DNA of 64,000 bases from Actinomycetota bacterium (GCA_046094825.1 JBJTIF010000126.1:8989-72988); one strand, 5' to 3'; shown: positions 10,335 through 22,002, counted from the first letter of the stretch. The notes: generated by a model from the sequence alone, not told the origin. Program-made: numbers and translations.

Positions 10335-11024
10335 CTACAGCGTCCGCAGCACCCCGGTCACCACGCCGACGATCCGGCCGCCCTCCTGCATCTCGAAGGG
10401 GCGCAGGGCCGGGTTCTCGGGGACGAGGAGCACCGTGCCGCCCGATCGCCGGAGCCGCTTCACCGTCGCCTCATCCTCGGCCGGTCCGGGGAGGAGCGCC
10501 GCGACGATGTCGCCGTCGCGGGCGTCGTCGGCACGTCGGACGACGACGAGGTCGCGATCGAGGATGCCGGCACCGATCATCGAGTCGCCGACGACGCGCA
10601 GGGCGAAGTGCTCGCCGGAGCGGACGAAGTCGGCGGGGACGCGGACGCGGTCCTCGACGTGCTCGGCAGCCAGGAGCGGAGCTCCGGCAGCGATGCGTCC
10701 GAGGAGGGGAACCGTGCCGTCGCCCGCGGCTCCCGAGGCCGATGGCGTCGTCGCCCTCGAGGCCTCGGCGAGGCCGATCGCCCGGGGCTTCGTCGGGTCG
10801 CGGTGGAGCAGGCCCCGGGCCTCGAGGTTCGCGAGCTGCGCATGGACGCTCGACGACGAGGTGAGGCCCACGGCCTCCCCGATCTCCCGCACCGTCGGCG
10901 GGTAGCCCCGTTCCGTGACCGTTCGCGCGATGAAGTCCAGGATCCGGCGCTGGCGCGCCGTGGGGGCGGACGGACCCTCGGGGACCGCCGCCGTGCCGTG
11001 AGCCGTACCGGTGTTCGACGCCAT
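10335..11024 (-). CDS. lexA: Transcriptional repressor LexA (230 aa from MASNTG; the longer upstream ORF is unlikely)
   Basis: Winged HTH is followed by the S24 peptidase motifs VVGDSMIGAGI (Ser) and a Lys further on. An RBS AGGAGGA lies upstream and SOS boxes are present in the promoter. Confidence 0.85.
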   Translation of the reverse strand: MASNTGTAHGTAAVPEGPSAPTARQRRILDFIARTVTERGYPPTVREIGEAVGLTSSSSVHAQLANLEARGLLHRDPTKPRAIGLAEASRATTPSASGAAGDGTVPLLGRIAAGAPLLAAEHVEDRVRVPADFVRSGEHFALRVVGDSMIGAGILDRDLVVVRRADDARDGDIVAALLPGPAEDEATVKRLRRSGGTVLLVPENPALRPFEMQEGGRIVGVVTGVLRTL

Positions 11025-11075
11025 GTCAGACCCTCCTCCTAGGGTCGCGAACGTAGCACCCAGGGGAGGTCGGGG

Positions 11076-11089
11076 CAAACATATGTTCG
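11076..11089. promoter_or_regulatory. SOS box (imperfect, AAACatatGTTC) upstream of lexA
   Basis: Matches the GAAC-N4-GTTC consensus with one mismatch, about 52 bp upstream of the lexA ATG. Confidence 0.5.
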
Positions 11090-11104
11090 GAGAAGTGCTT
11101 GCAA

Positions 11105-11120
11105 TCGAACACCCGTTCGA
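11105..11120. promoter_or_regulatory. SOS box (perfect palindrome TCGAACacccGTTCGA) upstream of the divergent LysM gene
   Basis: Perfect 16-bp Cheo-box palindrome, followed by a -10-like TACCAT and the ATG. Confidence 0.7.
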
Positions 11121-11124
11121 TACC

Positions 11125-11499
11125 ATGCCCGGCATGGAGATCGCGATGGCAGGAGCGACGGTCGGCTCGGGAGCGGCCCGGGGCACGGATCGGGTCCTCC
11201 GTGGGCACGATCGGGGCGTCTTCCTGCGGCGCCGCGTGCTCGTCGCGGCCCTCGCTGCCGTCATGGTCGGTCCCTGGGTCGGCCCGCTCCACGACGCGCT
11301 TTCGGGGTCCGGGGCGGCCCCGCTCCCCGTCTCGAGGGGCACCTACCTCGTCCGGCCCGGCGACACGCTCTGGAGCGTCGCCGAGCGCCTGGCTCCCGGC
11401 GAGGACCCCAGGCCCCTCGTGGACGCGATCGCCCTGGCCAACGGGCTGGACGCCCGCGGGCTCCAGGCAGGCACCACCCTCGTGATCCCCGCGCGTTGA
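11125..11499 (+). CDS. LysM-domain protein (SOS-inducible, Rv2719c-like); start could be 11125 or 11134
   Basis: N-terminal TM segment and a C-terminal LysM domain (YLVRPGDTLWSVAERL...GTTLVIP). It is divergent from lexA and has its own SOS box. Confidence 0.6.
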   Translation: MPGMEIAMAGATVGSGAARGTDRVLRGHDRGVFLRRRVLVAALAAVMVGPWVGPLHDALSGSGAAPLPVSRGTYLVRPGDTLWSVAERLAPGEDPRPLVDAIALANGLDARGLQAGTTLVIPAR

Positions 11500-11524
11500 C
11501 GCGCCGGGGCGGAGTCCCTATCCT
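11496..11524 (+). promoter_or_regulatory. Putative nrdR promoter (-35 TTGACG, 17-bp spacer, -10 TATCCT)
   Basis: Sigma-70-like hexamers 20-50 bp upstream of nrdR. This is a prediction only. Confidence 0.3.
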
Positions 11525-11544
11525 CGGCTTGCCCCCTACATCTT

Positions 11545-12027
11545 GTGGTGATGCCGATGCGCTGCCCCTGGTGCGCCCGCGAGGACGACAAGGTCATCGA
11601 CTCCCGTCCCGCTGACGGGGGAGCGGCCGTGCGCCGCCGCCGCCAGTGGCTCGCCGGCGGTCGGCGCGACAAGAACTTCGAGCGGGTCGAGGAGCTCGGT
11701 CTCACCGTCGTGAAGCGCAACGGGACCATGGAGCCCTACGACCGAGCGAAGCTCCTCGCCGGCATCGAGAAGGCCGTCGCGAACAGCCCCGTGACCGCCG
11801 ACCAGGTGGCCGCGGTGGTGGTCAGGATCGAGGACCGCCTCCGGAGGAAGGGCCCGCGGATCCGCTCCGAGCAGGTCGGCCTGGAGGTGCTCGCCGCCCT
11901 CGCGAAGCTCGACCAGGTGGCCTACCTCCGCTACGCGAGCGTCTACAAGGACTTCCAGGGCGCGAGCGACTTCGAGCGCGAGCTCGGGATCCTCCAGAAG
12001 AAGTCCGCCAAGCCCCGCACCCCCTGA
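11545..12027 (+). CDS. nrdR: Transcriptional repressor NrdR, with the second half of its zinc ribbon non-canonical; start more likely the ATG at 11557 (MRCPWC)
   Basis: CPWC is followed by VIDSR, RRRR and an ATP-cone (KRNGTMEPYDRAKL...). The second CxxC expected after RRRRQ is absent and reads QWLAGG instead. Confidence 0.8.
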   Translation: MVMPMRCPWCAREDDKVIDSRPADGGAAVRRRRQWLAGGRRDKNFERVEELGLTVVKRNGTMEPYDRAKLLAGIEKAVANSPVTADQVAAVVVRIEDRLRRKGPRIRSEQVGLEVLAALAKLDQVAYLRYASVYKDFQGASDFERELGILQKKSAKPRTP

Positions 12028-12046
12028 CCTGCGGAGACGCGAGCCA

Positions 12047-12062
12047 CCCCAACATGTTGGGG
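12047..12062. promoter_or_regulatory. Putative NrdR box 1 (perfect 16-bp palindrome CCCCAACATGTTGGGG)
   Basis: Palindrome with a C-A-A-x-ATxT-T-G core resembling the NrdR-box consensus. It lies in the nrdR-nrdJ gap. Confidence 0.45.
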
Positions 12063-12078
12063 GTTAGGGCTTCCGGCG

Positions 12079-12092
12079 GCACGATATCTTGC
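12079..12092. promoter_or_regulatory. Putative NrdR box 2 (GCACGATATCTTGC)
   Basis: Near-palindrome resembling CACtATATaGTG. Its centre is 31 bp from box 1, the typical tandem spacing. Confidence 0.4.
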
Positions 12093-12215
12093 CACGGGTG
12101 GCTTGACCGTGCCCGTCCCCGGCGGCAGAATCACGCCCCTGTCATTCCCGGCCGTTACGGTGCCGGGACGGCGGTCACGAACGGCAGCGATCAGGCGGAG
12201 TACGGGAAAGGGGCA

Positions 12216-14969
<2,754 letters not shown>

Positions 14970-15404
14970 GTGGAGGTACCGGTCCGGCGGCTCGACCCCG
15001 GGATGCCCCTGCCCGAACGGGCGCATCCCGGGGACGCCGGCCTCGACCTGCGGTCCGCGGTCGACGCCGAGGTCCCGCCCGGCGCTCGTGTCCTCGTTCC
15101 CACGGGGCTCGCGGTCGCGATCCCCGACGGACACGCGGGGCTCGTCCTGCCCCGCTCCGGGCTCGCCTCGAAGGTCGGTCTCACCCTCGCGAACGCCCCC
15201 GGGCTCATCGATGCCGGGTACCGGGGGGAGGTCGTCTGCGCGGTCGTGAACCTCGATCGTTCCGAGCCCGTGCGGATCGCCCGCGGCGACCGCATTGCGC
15301 AGCTCGTCATCGTCGCCGTCCCGAGCGCGACCGCCGTCGAGGTGGCCGAGCTCCCGGAGACCACGCGGGGGAGCGGCGGGTTCGGGTCGACCGGCGTCGG
15401 TTGA
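14970..15404 (+). CDS. dut: dUTP diphosphatase
   Basis: dUTPase motifs are present ([16 protein letters not shown], the C-terminal [10 protein letters not shown]). The GTG start immediately follows the nrdJ TAG. Confidence 0.85.
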   Translation: MEVPVRRLDPGMPLPERAHPGDAGLDLRSAVDAEVPPGARVLVPTGLAVAIPDGHAGLVLPRSGLASKVGLTLANAPGLIDAGYRGEVVCAVVNLDRSEPVRIARGDRIAQLVIVAVPSATAVEVAELPETTRGSGGFGSTGVG

Positions 15405-15446
15405 AGGACCGCCCGACGCGCCCCTAGACTGTCATCGCACCGCCAC

Positions 15447-15522
<76 letters not shown>

Positions 15523-15591
15523 AGCGCCTCTCGGGGCGTGGTCCCAACCCCGCCCCCTGTAGACTCCGGACATCGCGGTTCGCCGTGATCC

Positions 15592-15662
15592 GGCGGGGTG
15601 GCCGAGTGGTTAGGCAGCGGCCTGCAAAGCCGCGCACACCGGTTCAATTCCGGTCCCCGCCT
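15592..15662 (+). tRNA. tRNA-Cys (anticodon GCA)
   Basis: Acceptor GGCGGGG/CCCCGCC, anticodon loop CTGCAAA, T-loop GGTTCAATTCC. Confidence 0.8.
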
Positions 15663-15690
15663 CGAAGGCGGCCTGTAGCATGGCCACCGC

Positions 15691-15762
15691 GGGCGCTTAG
15701 CTCAGGGGCAGAGCGCTTCCTTGACACGGAAGAGGTCAGAGGTTCAATTCCTCTAGCGCCCA
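15691..15762 (+). tRNA. tRNA-Val (anticodon GAC)
   Basis: Acceptor GGGCGCT/AGCGCCC, anticodon loop TTGACAC, T-loop GGTTCAATTCC. Confidence 0.8.
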
Positions 15763-16125
15763 CCGCAGGTCCGAGAGCCCGAGCCTCCCGTGCGGGGTTC
15801 CCCCGCGGAGGATCGACCCGCTCCGCTCCTCGCTCCCGCCGCTCCCGAGCGGGCCGCGAACCGTTGCGCTCCTTGACAACCCTCCGGACGGCCTGTTCAC
15901 TGCGACCGCTCGCACGGCGGCGGCCGGTCAGGGACCCAGTTCATCCCTGCCCCCCAGGGCACCGGCCGACGCGGCGGGCGCGGAGGGGGCCGGGTGACCG
16001 GCCTCCTCCGTCCATCTCCGGTCGGGACGCGGCCGGGCGGCGGTCGGGGGGGCTGCGCCCGGATCGGGGTCCTCGCCGGCGCGCCGGGGAGGGCGCGTGG
16101 GCACCGCTGCTACGCTTGCGACCCC

Positions 16126-16197
16126 GGGCGCGTAGCTCAGTGGAAGAGCGCTCGCCTCACACGCGAGAGGTCGCAGGATCGAGTCCTGCCGCGCCCA
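16126..16197 (+). tRNA. tRNA-Val (anticodon CAC)
   Basis: Acceptor GGGCGCG/CGCGCCC, anticodon loop CTCACAC, T-loop GGATCGAGTCC. Confidence 0.8.
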
Positions 16198-16270
16198 CCC
16201 GGTGCACCGAGGGCCATCGCGTGCCGCGCACGGCGGCCGCCCGTCGGCGGACCCGAGGAGCGAGGGCGAG

Positions 16271-16999
16271 ATGACCGAGATCGCGGCGCGCGCGGAGGAC
16301 CTCCGGAAGGTCTACGGCCGGGGGGACGCGGAGGTCCGTGCCCTCGATGGGGTCACCGTCGAGTTCGGCCGCGGGGTCTTCACCGCGATCATGGGGCCGT
16401 CGGGGTCGGGGAAGTCCACGCTCCTCCACTGCCTCGCCGGGCTCGACGCCCCCACCTCCGGCAAGGTCTTCATCGGCGACACCGAACTCACCGCGCTCTC
16501 CGAACGGGACCTCACGCGCCTGCGCCGCGACCGGATCGGGTTCGTCTTCCAGGCCTTCAACCTCGTGCCGACGCTCACCGCGTCGGAGAACATCACGCTG
16601 CCGCTCGACATCGCCGGTCGCCGTCCCGACCGCGCGTGGTTCGACGAGGTCGTCGACACGATCGGGCTCCGCGACCGGCTCGGGCACCGTCCGAACGAGC
16701 TCTCCGGCGGGCAGCAGCAGCGCGTCGCCGGTGCCCGCGCGCTCGTCTCCCGCCCCGACATCGTCTTCGCCGACGAACCGACCGGCAACCTCGATTCGCG
16801 GTCCGGGGCGGAGCTCCTCGGGTTCCTCCGGGGCGCGGTGCGCACGCACGGCGAGACGATCGTCATGGTCACCCACGACGCGAACGCCGCGAGCTACGCC
16901 GACCGCGTCGTGTTCCTCGCCGACGGCCGCGTCGTCGGTGAGCTCCTCGGGCCGACGGCGGCGACGGTGCTCGATCGCCTGAAGTCCCTCGAGGGCTGA
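16271..16999 (+). CDS. ABC transporter ATP-binding protein, MacB/LolD-like
   Basis: Walker A GPSGSGKST, signature LSGGQQQRVAGARAL, Walker B IVFADEPTGNLD, H-loop. Confidence 0.85.
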   Translation: MTEIAARAEDLRKVYGRGDAEVRALDGVTVEFGRGVFTAIMGPSGSGKSTLLHCLAGLDAPTSGKVFIGDTELTALSERDLTRLRRDRIGFVFQAFNLVPTLTASENITLPLDIAGRRPDRAWFDEVVDTIGLRDRLGHRPNELSGGQQQRVAGARALVSRPDIVFADEPTGNLDSRSGAELLGFLRGAVRTHGETIVMVTHDANAASYADRVVFLADGRVVGELLGPTAATVLDRLKSLEG

Positions 17000-17004
17000 A
17001 GCCC

Positions 17005-19554
17005 GTGCTCCGCGCCACCTGGAAGAGCCTCCTCGCCCGGAAGGTGCGTCTCGCGCTCACGGTCGTCGCGATCGTGCTCGGGGTCGGGTTCGTCTCCGGC
17101 ACCTACGTCCTCACCGACACCCTCGACGCCGCGTTCTCCGAGGCCTTCTCGATCGCGACCGGCAGCGTCGACGTCGTCGTCCGCTCCGAGGCCGCGTTCG
17201 AGTCCGGCGGCACCGGCCCCGGGGGAGGGCGGACCGACGAGCGCGAACCGGTGCCGGAGTCGCTCCTCGAAGACGTCGCGCGGATCCCGGGCGTCGATCG
17301 GGTGACGGGGGAGATCACCGGGTACGCGCAGATGGTCGACGCGCAGGACGGGATGCCGATCGAGACGAGCGGTGCCCCGACCCTCGGGGTCGCGTGGAAC
17401 GACGGCACCGCGACGGTCACGATCCGCGAGGGCCGCAGGCCCATGGAGCGCGACGAGACGGCGATCGATGTCGTGACCGCCGAGGAGTACGGGATCGCGA
17501 TCGGCGACCCGATCGATGTGATCTTCACGACCGGTCCGCGCTCCTTCACCGTCGTCGGCACGATCGGGTTCCCGGGATCGGACAGCCTCGCCGGCACGAC
17601 GATCGCGGCGTTCGACGTCGCGACCGCACAGCGGGTCCTCGATCGACGGGGGGAGTTCGACACCCTCTCGGTGATGGGGGACGGCTCGATCGGGCCGGAG
17701 GCCCTGCGCGAGCGGGTCGTCGCCGCACTCCCGGAGGGCTACGAGGCGATCACGGGACAGGCCGCCGCCGCGCAGTCCGCCGAGCAGCTCCAGGAGGCCT
17801 TCGGGTTCTTCGGCACGGCGCTCCTCGTCTTCGCCGCGGTCGCGCTCTTCGTCGGGGCGGTCATCATCTTCAACACGTTCTCGATCGTCGTCGCGCAGCG
17901 CTCCCGCGAACTCGCCCTCCTGCGCGCTCTCGGCGCGAGCCGCGCGCAGGTGCGCGCCTCGGTCCTCGTCGAGGCGGCGATCCTCGGGGTGCTCGCCTCC
18001 GCCCTCGGCGTCGGAGCCGGGGTGCTCATCGCGTACGGGCTCCAGGGCCTCCTCGGGGCGTTCGGGCTCGACCTGCCGTCGACGACCTCCCGCGTCCTGC
18101 CGCGGACCGTCGTCGTCTCCTTCGTCCTCGGGACCGGCATCACGCTCGTGTCCGCGCTCCTGCCCGCGCGTCGCGCGTCCCGCGTCGCGCCGATCCAGGC
18201 CCTGCGGGCCGGGGAGGCTCCGCCCCAGGGCTCGCTCCGCACGCGCCTGCTCCTCGGCAGCCTCATCTCCCTCGCAGGCGTCGGGGTCCTGCTCGCCGGG
18301 CTCTTCGCCGAGGTGCCGGAACCGCTTCGGTTCCTCGGCGGCGGCGCAGCCGCGACCTTCCTCGGGGTCGCCGTCCTCGCGCCGACGTTCGCCCGCCGGC
18401 TCGCCGCGTGGATCGGGGCGCCGATCCGCCGCCTCGGGATCGCGGGCCGGCTCGGGCGGGAGAACGCGATGCGGAGCCCACGGCGCACGGCCTCGACCGC
18501 GTCCGCGCTCATGATCGGGCTCGGCCTCGTCGCGTTCGTCACGGTGTTCGCGGCCTCGCTCCGGGCGTCGTTCCTCGTGCGCCTCGGCGACACGCTCCGC
18601 GCCGACTTCATCCTCTCGACGACGCAGTACCAGCCCTTCAGCCCGAAGCTCGCTCGCGAGCTCGACCGCGACCCGCGGCTCGGCGCGGTGGCGGCGTTCC
18701 GGCTCGGCGAGGTGAAGATCCGGGGCGAGGTGACCCGCGTCGAGGGCGTCGACCCCGCGGACGCGACCGAGGTCATCGACCCGAAGGTCTCCGCGGGCGA
18801 CCTCGCGACGCTCGGCGACGACGGGATCGCGGTCCTCCGTCGAACGGCGGGAGACCTCGGGCTCGCGCTCGGGGACCGCGTCCGGGTGACGTTCGCGCGG
18901 ACGGGGAAGCAGGACTTCACCGTCCGGGCGTTGTTCGACGAGGAGCGCGCGTTCAACGCCCCGTGGGCGATCTCGCTCGACGCCTATCGCGCGAACTTCT
19001 CCGAGACGCTCGACCTCGTCGTCGGCGTCACGGCCGCTCCGGGTGTGACGCGGGCCGAGGCCCGCGAGGCGGTCGACGCGGTGCTCGATGACTACCCGAA
19101 CGTCCGGGCCTACGACCAGGCGCAGTACCGGGCCCAGCAGGAGGACTTCATCGACCAGCTCCTCGGGCTCATCACGGCGCTCCTCGGGCTCGCGATCCTC
19201 ATCGCGCTCTTCGGCATCGTGAACACGCTCGGGCTCTCGATCTTCGAGCGGACCCGGGAGATCGGGCTCCTGCGAGCGGTCGGGATGAGCCGACGGCAGC
19301 TCCGAGCGATGATCCGCTGGGAGTCCGTCATCATCGCGATCCTCGGCGCCCTCCTCGGCATCGCGATCGGGGTCTTCTTCGGCTGGGGCCTGCAGCGGGC
19401 GCTCGAGCCGGAGGGCGTGACGGAGCTCCGCATCCCCGTCGACCGACTCGCCCTCGACGTCATCGCCGCCGCGGTCGCCGGGGTCCTCGCCGCGGTGCTC
19501 CCCGCACGGCGCGCCGCCCGCCTCGACGTCCTCGACGCGATCGCGTACGAGTAG
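17005..19554 (+). CDS. ABC transporter permease with two FtsX-like domains (849 aa, MacB/DevC-like)
   Basis: Two TM bundles, each preceded by a large extracytoplasmic domain, following the FtsX/MacB permease pattern. It is adjacent to the ATPase. Confidence 0.85.
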   Translation: MLRATWKSLLARKVRLALTVVAIVLGVGFVSGTYVLTDTLDAAFSEAFSIATGSVDVVVRSEAAFESGGTGPGGGRTDEREPVPESLLEDVARIPGVDRVTGEITGYAQMVDAQDGMPIETSGAPTLGVAWNDGTATVTIREGRRPMERDETAIDVVTAEEYGIAIGDPIDVIFTTGPRSFTVVGTIGFPGSDSLAGTTIAAFDVATAQRVLDRRGEFDTLSVMGDGSIGPEALRERVVAALPEGYEAITGQAAAAQSAEQLQEAFGFFGTALLVFAAVALFVGAVIIFNTFSIVVAQRSRELALLRALGASRAQVRASVLVEAAILGVLASALGVGAGVLIAYGLQGLLGAFGLDLPSTTSRVLPRTVVVSFVLGTGITLVSALLPARRASRVAPIQALRAGEAPPQGSLRTRLLLGSLISLAGVGVLLAGLFAEVPEPLRFLGGGAAATFLGVAVLAPTFARRLAAWIGAPIRRLGIAGRLGRENAMRSPRRTASTASALMIGLGLVAFVTVFAASLRASFLVRLGDTLRADFILSTTQYQPFSPKLARELDRDPRLGAVAAFRLGEVKIRGEVTRVEGVDPADATEVIDPKVSAGDLATLGDDGIAVLRRTAGDLGLALGDRVRVTFARTGKQDFTVRALFDEERAFNAPWAISLDAYRANFSETLDLVVGVTAAPGVTRAEAREAVDAVLDDYPNVRAYDQAQYRAQQEDFIDQLLGLITALLGLAILIALFGIVNTLGLSIFERTREIGLLRAVGMSRRQLRAMIRWESVIIAILGALLGIAIGVFFGWGLQRALEPEGVTELRIPVDRLALDVIAAAVAGVLAAVLPARRAARLDVLDAIAYE

Positions 19555-19589
19555 CGGTCGGCCCGGGTCGGCGCGATAGCATCCCCCGC

Positions 19590-21515
19590 ATGCCCGAGGT
19601 GACCCTCCCGGACGACCGGCGCGTCGCGCTCCCCGAGGGGGAGCCGATCGGGTCGGTCCTGCAGCCCGACGCGATCGCCGCGCGCTGGAACGGCGAGCTC
19701 ACGGACCTCGCCCCCGTGCCGGCGGGATCCGGCTCACTCGCCCCGGTCGTCGCGTCCTCGAAGGACGGACTCCACGTCCTCCGCCACTCGACCGCGCACG
19801 TGATGGCCCAGGCGGTCTGCGACCTCTACCCGGGCGCGCGGTACGCGATCGGGCCGGCGATCGACGATGGCTTCTACTACGACTTCGAGCTCCCTGCGCC
19901 GCTCTCCCCGGAGGACCTCCCGCGGATCGAGGAGCGCATGGCCGCGATCAAGGCCGCCGACCAGCCGTTCGTCCGCGAGGAACTGCCGCGCACCGAGGCC
20001 CTCGACCGGTTCGCCGACCAGCCGTTCAAGCGGGAGATCATCGAGGGACTCGACGCGACCGAGGGGGCGACGGGGGAGACCGTCTCCGTGTACCGCAACG
20101 CCGCGTGGGGCGATCTCTGCCTCGGGCCGCACGTGCCATCGACGGGGCGGCTCGGAGCGTTCAAGCTCACGAAGCTCGCCGGAGCGTACTGGCGCGGCGA
20201 CAGCACGCGGCCGATGCTCACGCGGATCTACGGCACCGCCTGGGCCACGGAGAAGGACCTCCGCGCGTACCTCGCCCGGCTCGCCGAAGCGGAGAAGCGC
20301 GACCACCGTCGCCTCGGGCAGCAACTCGATCTCTTCTCGTTCCCCGAGGAACTCGGACCGGGCCTCGCGGTCTGGCATCCGAACGGGGGCATCTTCCGCA
20401 AGCAGCTCGAGGACTACGTCCGCGACCTCCACCTCGCGCGCGGCTACGACCTCGTGCAGTCGCCGCACGTCGCCCGCCGGGTCCTGTGGGACACCTCGGG
20501 GCACACCGCGAAGTACGTCGAGAACATGTTCCCGGAGATGGTCCGCGACGAGGCCGCGTACTTCGCGAAGCCGATGAACTGCCCGTTCCACGTGCTCATC
20601 TACAAGAGCCAGGTGCGCTCGTACCGCGACCTGCCGATGCGGCTGTCCGAGCTCGGGACCGTGTACCGCTACGAGAAGCTCGGGACGCTCCACGGCCTGC
20701 TCCGGGCGCGCGGCCTCACCCAGGACGACTCCCACATCATCTGCCGCGAGGACCAGCTCGTCGACGAGATCCGGCGCGTCTTCGAGCTCACGCTCGAGAT
20801 CCACCGGACCTTCGGGTTCGCCGACCCCGAGGTCCACCTCTCGACGAAGCCCGGGCTGGCGATCGGCGACGAGGCGATGTGGGCGCGCGCGATCGACGCG
20901 CTGCGTGCGGCGCTCGACGGTAGCGGTCTGTCCTACGAGGTCGCCGAGGGCGAGGGCGCGTTCTACGGCCCGAAGGTCGACTTCCACTTCCACGATGCGA
21001 TCGGTCGCCGTTGGCAGCTCACGACCGTGCAGTGCGACTTCGCCCTCCCGGAGCGCTTCGGGATGGAGTACGTCGGCGAGGACAACGAACGGCACCGACC
21101 GGCCATGGTCCACCGCGCGATCCTCGGCTCGATCGAGCGCTTCAGCGGGGTGCTCATCGAGCACTTCGCCGGCGCCTTCCCGCTCTGGCTCGCGCCGGAG
21201 CAGGTGCGTCTGCTCCCCGTCGCGGACCGGCACCTCGACCACGCGCGGGCGCTCGCGGATCGCTTCGTCGCCGCGGGGCTCCGCGCGCGGGTCGACGAGA
21301 GCTCCGAGACGGTCGGCAAGCGGGTCCGTGCCGCGCAGCTCATGAAGATCCCCTACGTGCTCGTCGTCGGCGACGCCGAGGCGGCCGGCGGCGGGCTCAC
21401 CGTCCGCGATCGCGCCGGCACGGAGACGAAGGACGTCGAGGTCGAGCGCTTCGTCGATGCGCTCGGACGGGAGATCGCGACGAAGGCGCTCGTCCAGACC
21501 GCGTTCGGGGGTTGA
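19590..21515 (+). CDS. thrS: Threonine--tRNA ligase
   Basis: Full-length class II aaRS with a TGS/second additional domain, motifs HRDLPMRLSELG and FYGPKVD. Confidence 0.9.
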   Translation: MPEVTLPDDRRVALPEGEPIGSVLQPDAIAARWNGELTDLAPVPAGSGSLAPVVASSKDGLHVLRHSTAHVMAQAVCDLYPGARYAIGPAIDDGFYYDFELPAPLSPEDLPRIEERMAAIKAADQPFVREELPRTEALDRFADQPFKREIIEGLDATEGATGETVSVYRNAAWGDLCLGPHVPSTGRLGAFKLTKLAGAYWRGDSTRPMLTRIYGTAWATEKDLRAYLARLAEAEKRDHRRLGQQLDLFSFPEELGPGLAVWHPNGGIFRKQLEDYVRDLHLARGYDLVQSPHVARRVLWDTSGHTAKYVENMFPEMVRDEAAYFAKPMNCPFHVLIYKSQVRSYRDLPMRLSELGTVYRYEKLGTLHGLLRARGLTQDDSHIICREDQLVDEIRRVFELTLEIHRTFGFADPEVHLSTKPGLAIGDEAMWARAIDALRAALDGSGLSYEVAEGEGAFYGPKVDFHFHDAIGRRWQLTTVQCDFALPERFGMEYVGEDNERHRPAMVHRAILGSIERFSGVLIEHFAGAFPLWLAPEQVRLLPVADRHLDHARALADRFVAAGLRARVDESSETVGKRVRAAQLMKIPYVLVVGDAEAAGGGLTVRDRAGTETKDVEVERFVDALGREIATKALVQTAFGG

Positions 21516-21516
21516 C

Positions 21517-22002
21517 GTGGAGCACCTGTGGAGCCCCTGGCGGATGGAGTACATCGCCGAGGCGCGCGACGACGCCGGGGGCGGCTGTGTGTTCTGCGCG
21601 ATCGTCGCCGGCGGTGCCGGCGACGATCGCATCCTCGCCCCCTCGGAGCGCGCGTTCGCGACGCTCGCGAAGTACCCGTACAACCCCGGGCACGTCCTCG
21701 TGCTCCCGACGCGGCACACCGGCGACCTCGAGACGCTCGCGGCCGAGGAGATGGCCGAGATCTCCGCGCTCCTCCAGCGCGCGATCCGCGCGATCCGGGC
21801 CGAGGTCGTCCCCGACGCGTTCAACGTCGGCCTGAACCTCGGCCGTATGGCGGGGGCGGGGATCCCGGAGCACCTCCACTGGCACGTCGTGCCGCGCTGG
21901 GGCGGCGACACGAACTTCATGCCCGTCGTCGGCGCGACCCGCGTGCTCCCCGAGCTCCTCGCGGAGACGCACCGACGGCTCGCGCCGAGGTTCGCGGGAT
22001 GA
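21517..22002 (+). CDS. HIT-family protein (Ap4A phosphorylase-like, Rv2613c position)
   Basis: Histidine-triad motif HLHWHVVPR. The GTG start is 1 nt after the thrS stop. Confidence 0.8.
   Translation: MEHLWSPWRMEYIAEARDDAGGGCVFCAIVAGGAGDDRILAPSERAFATLAKYPYNPGHVLVLPTRHTGDLETLAAEEMAEISALLQRAIRAIRAEVVPDAFNVGLNLGRMAGAGIPEHLHWHVVPRWGGDTNFMPVVGATRVLPELLAETHRRLAPRFAG

Noticed and set aside
12093-12215. Possible cobalamin riboswitch upstream of nrdJ
   Set aside because: No B12 box (GCCACTG-like core) or conserved riboswitch stems were seen. The gap is short and holds promoter-like hexamers instead.
15874-15903. TTGACA as a promoter for the downstream tRNA-Val
   Set aside because: No acceptable -10 at 16-19 bp spacing, and it lies 250 bp from the tRNA.
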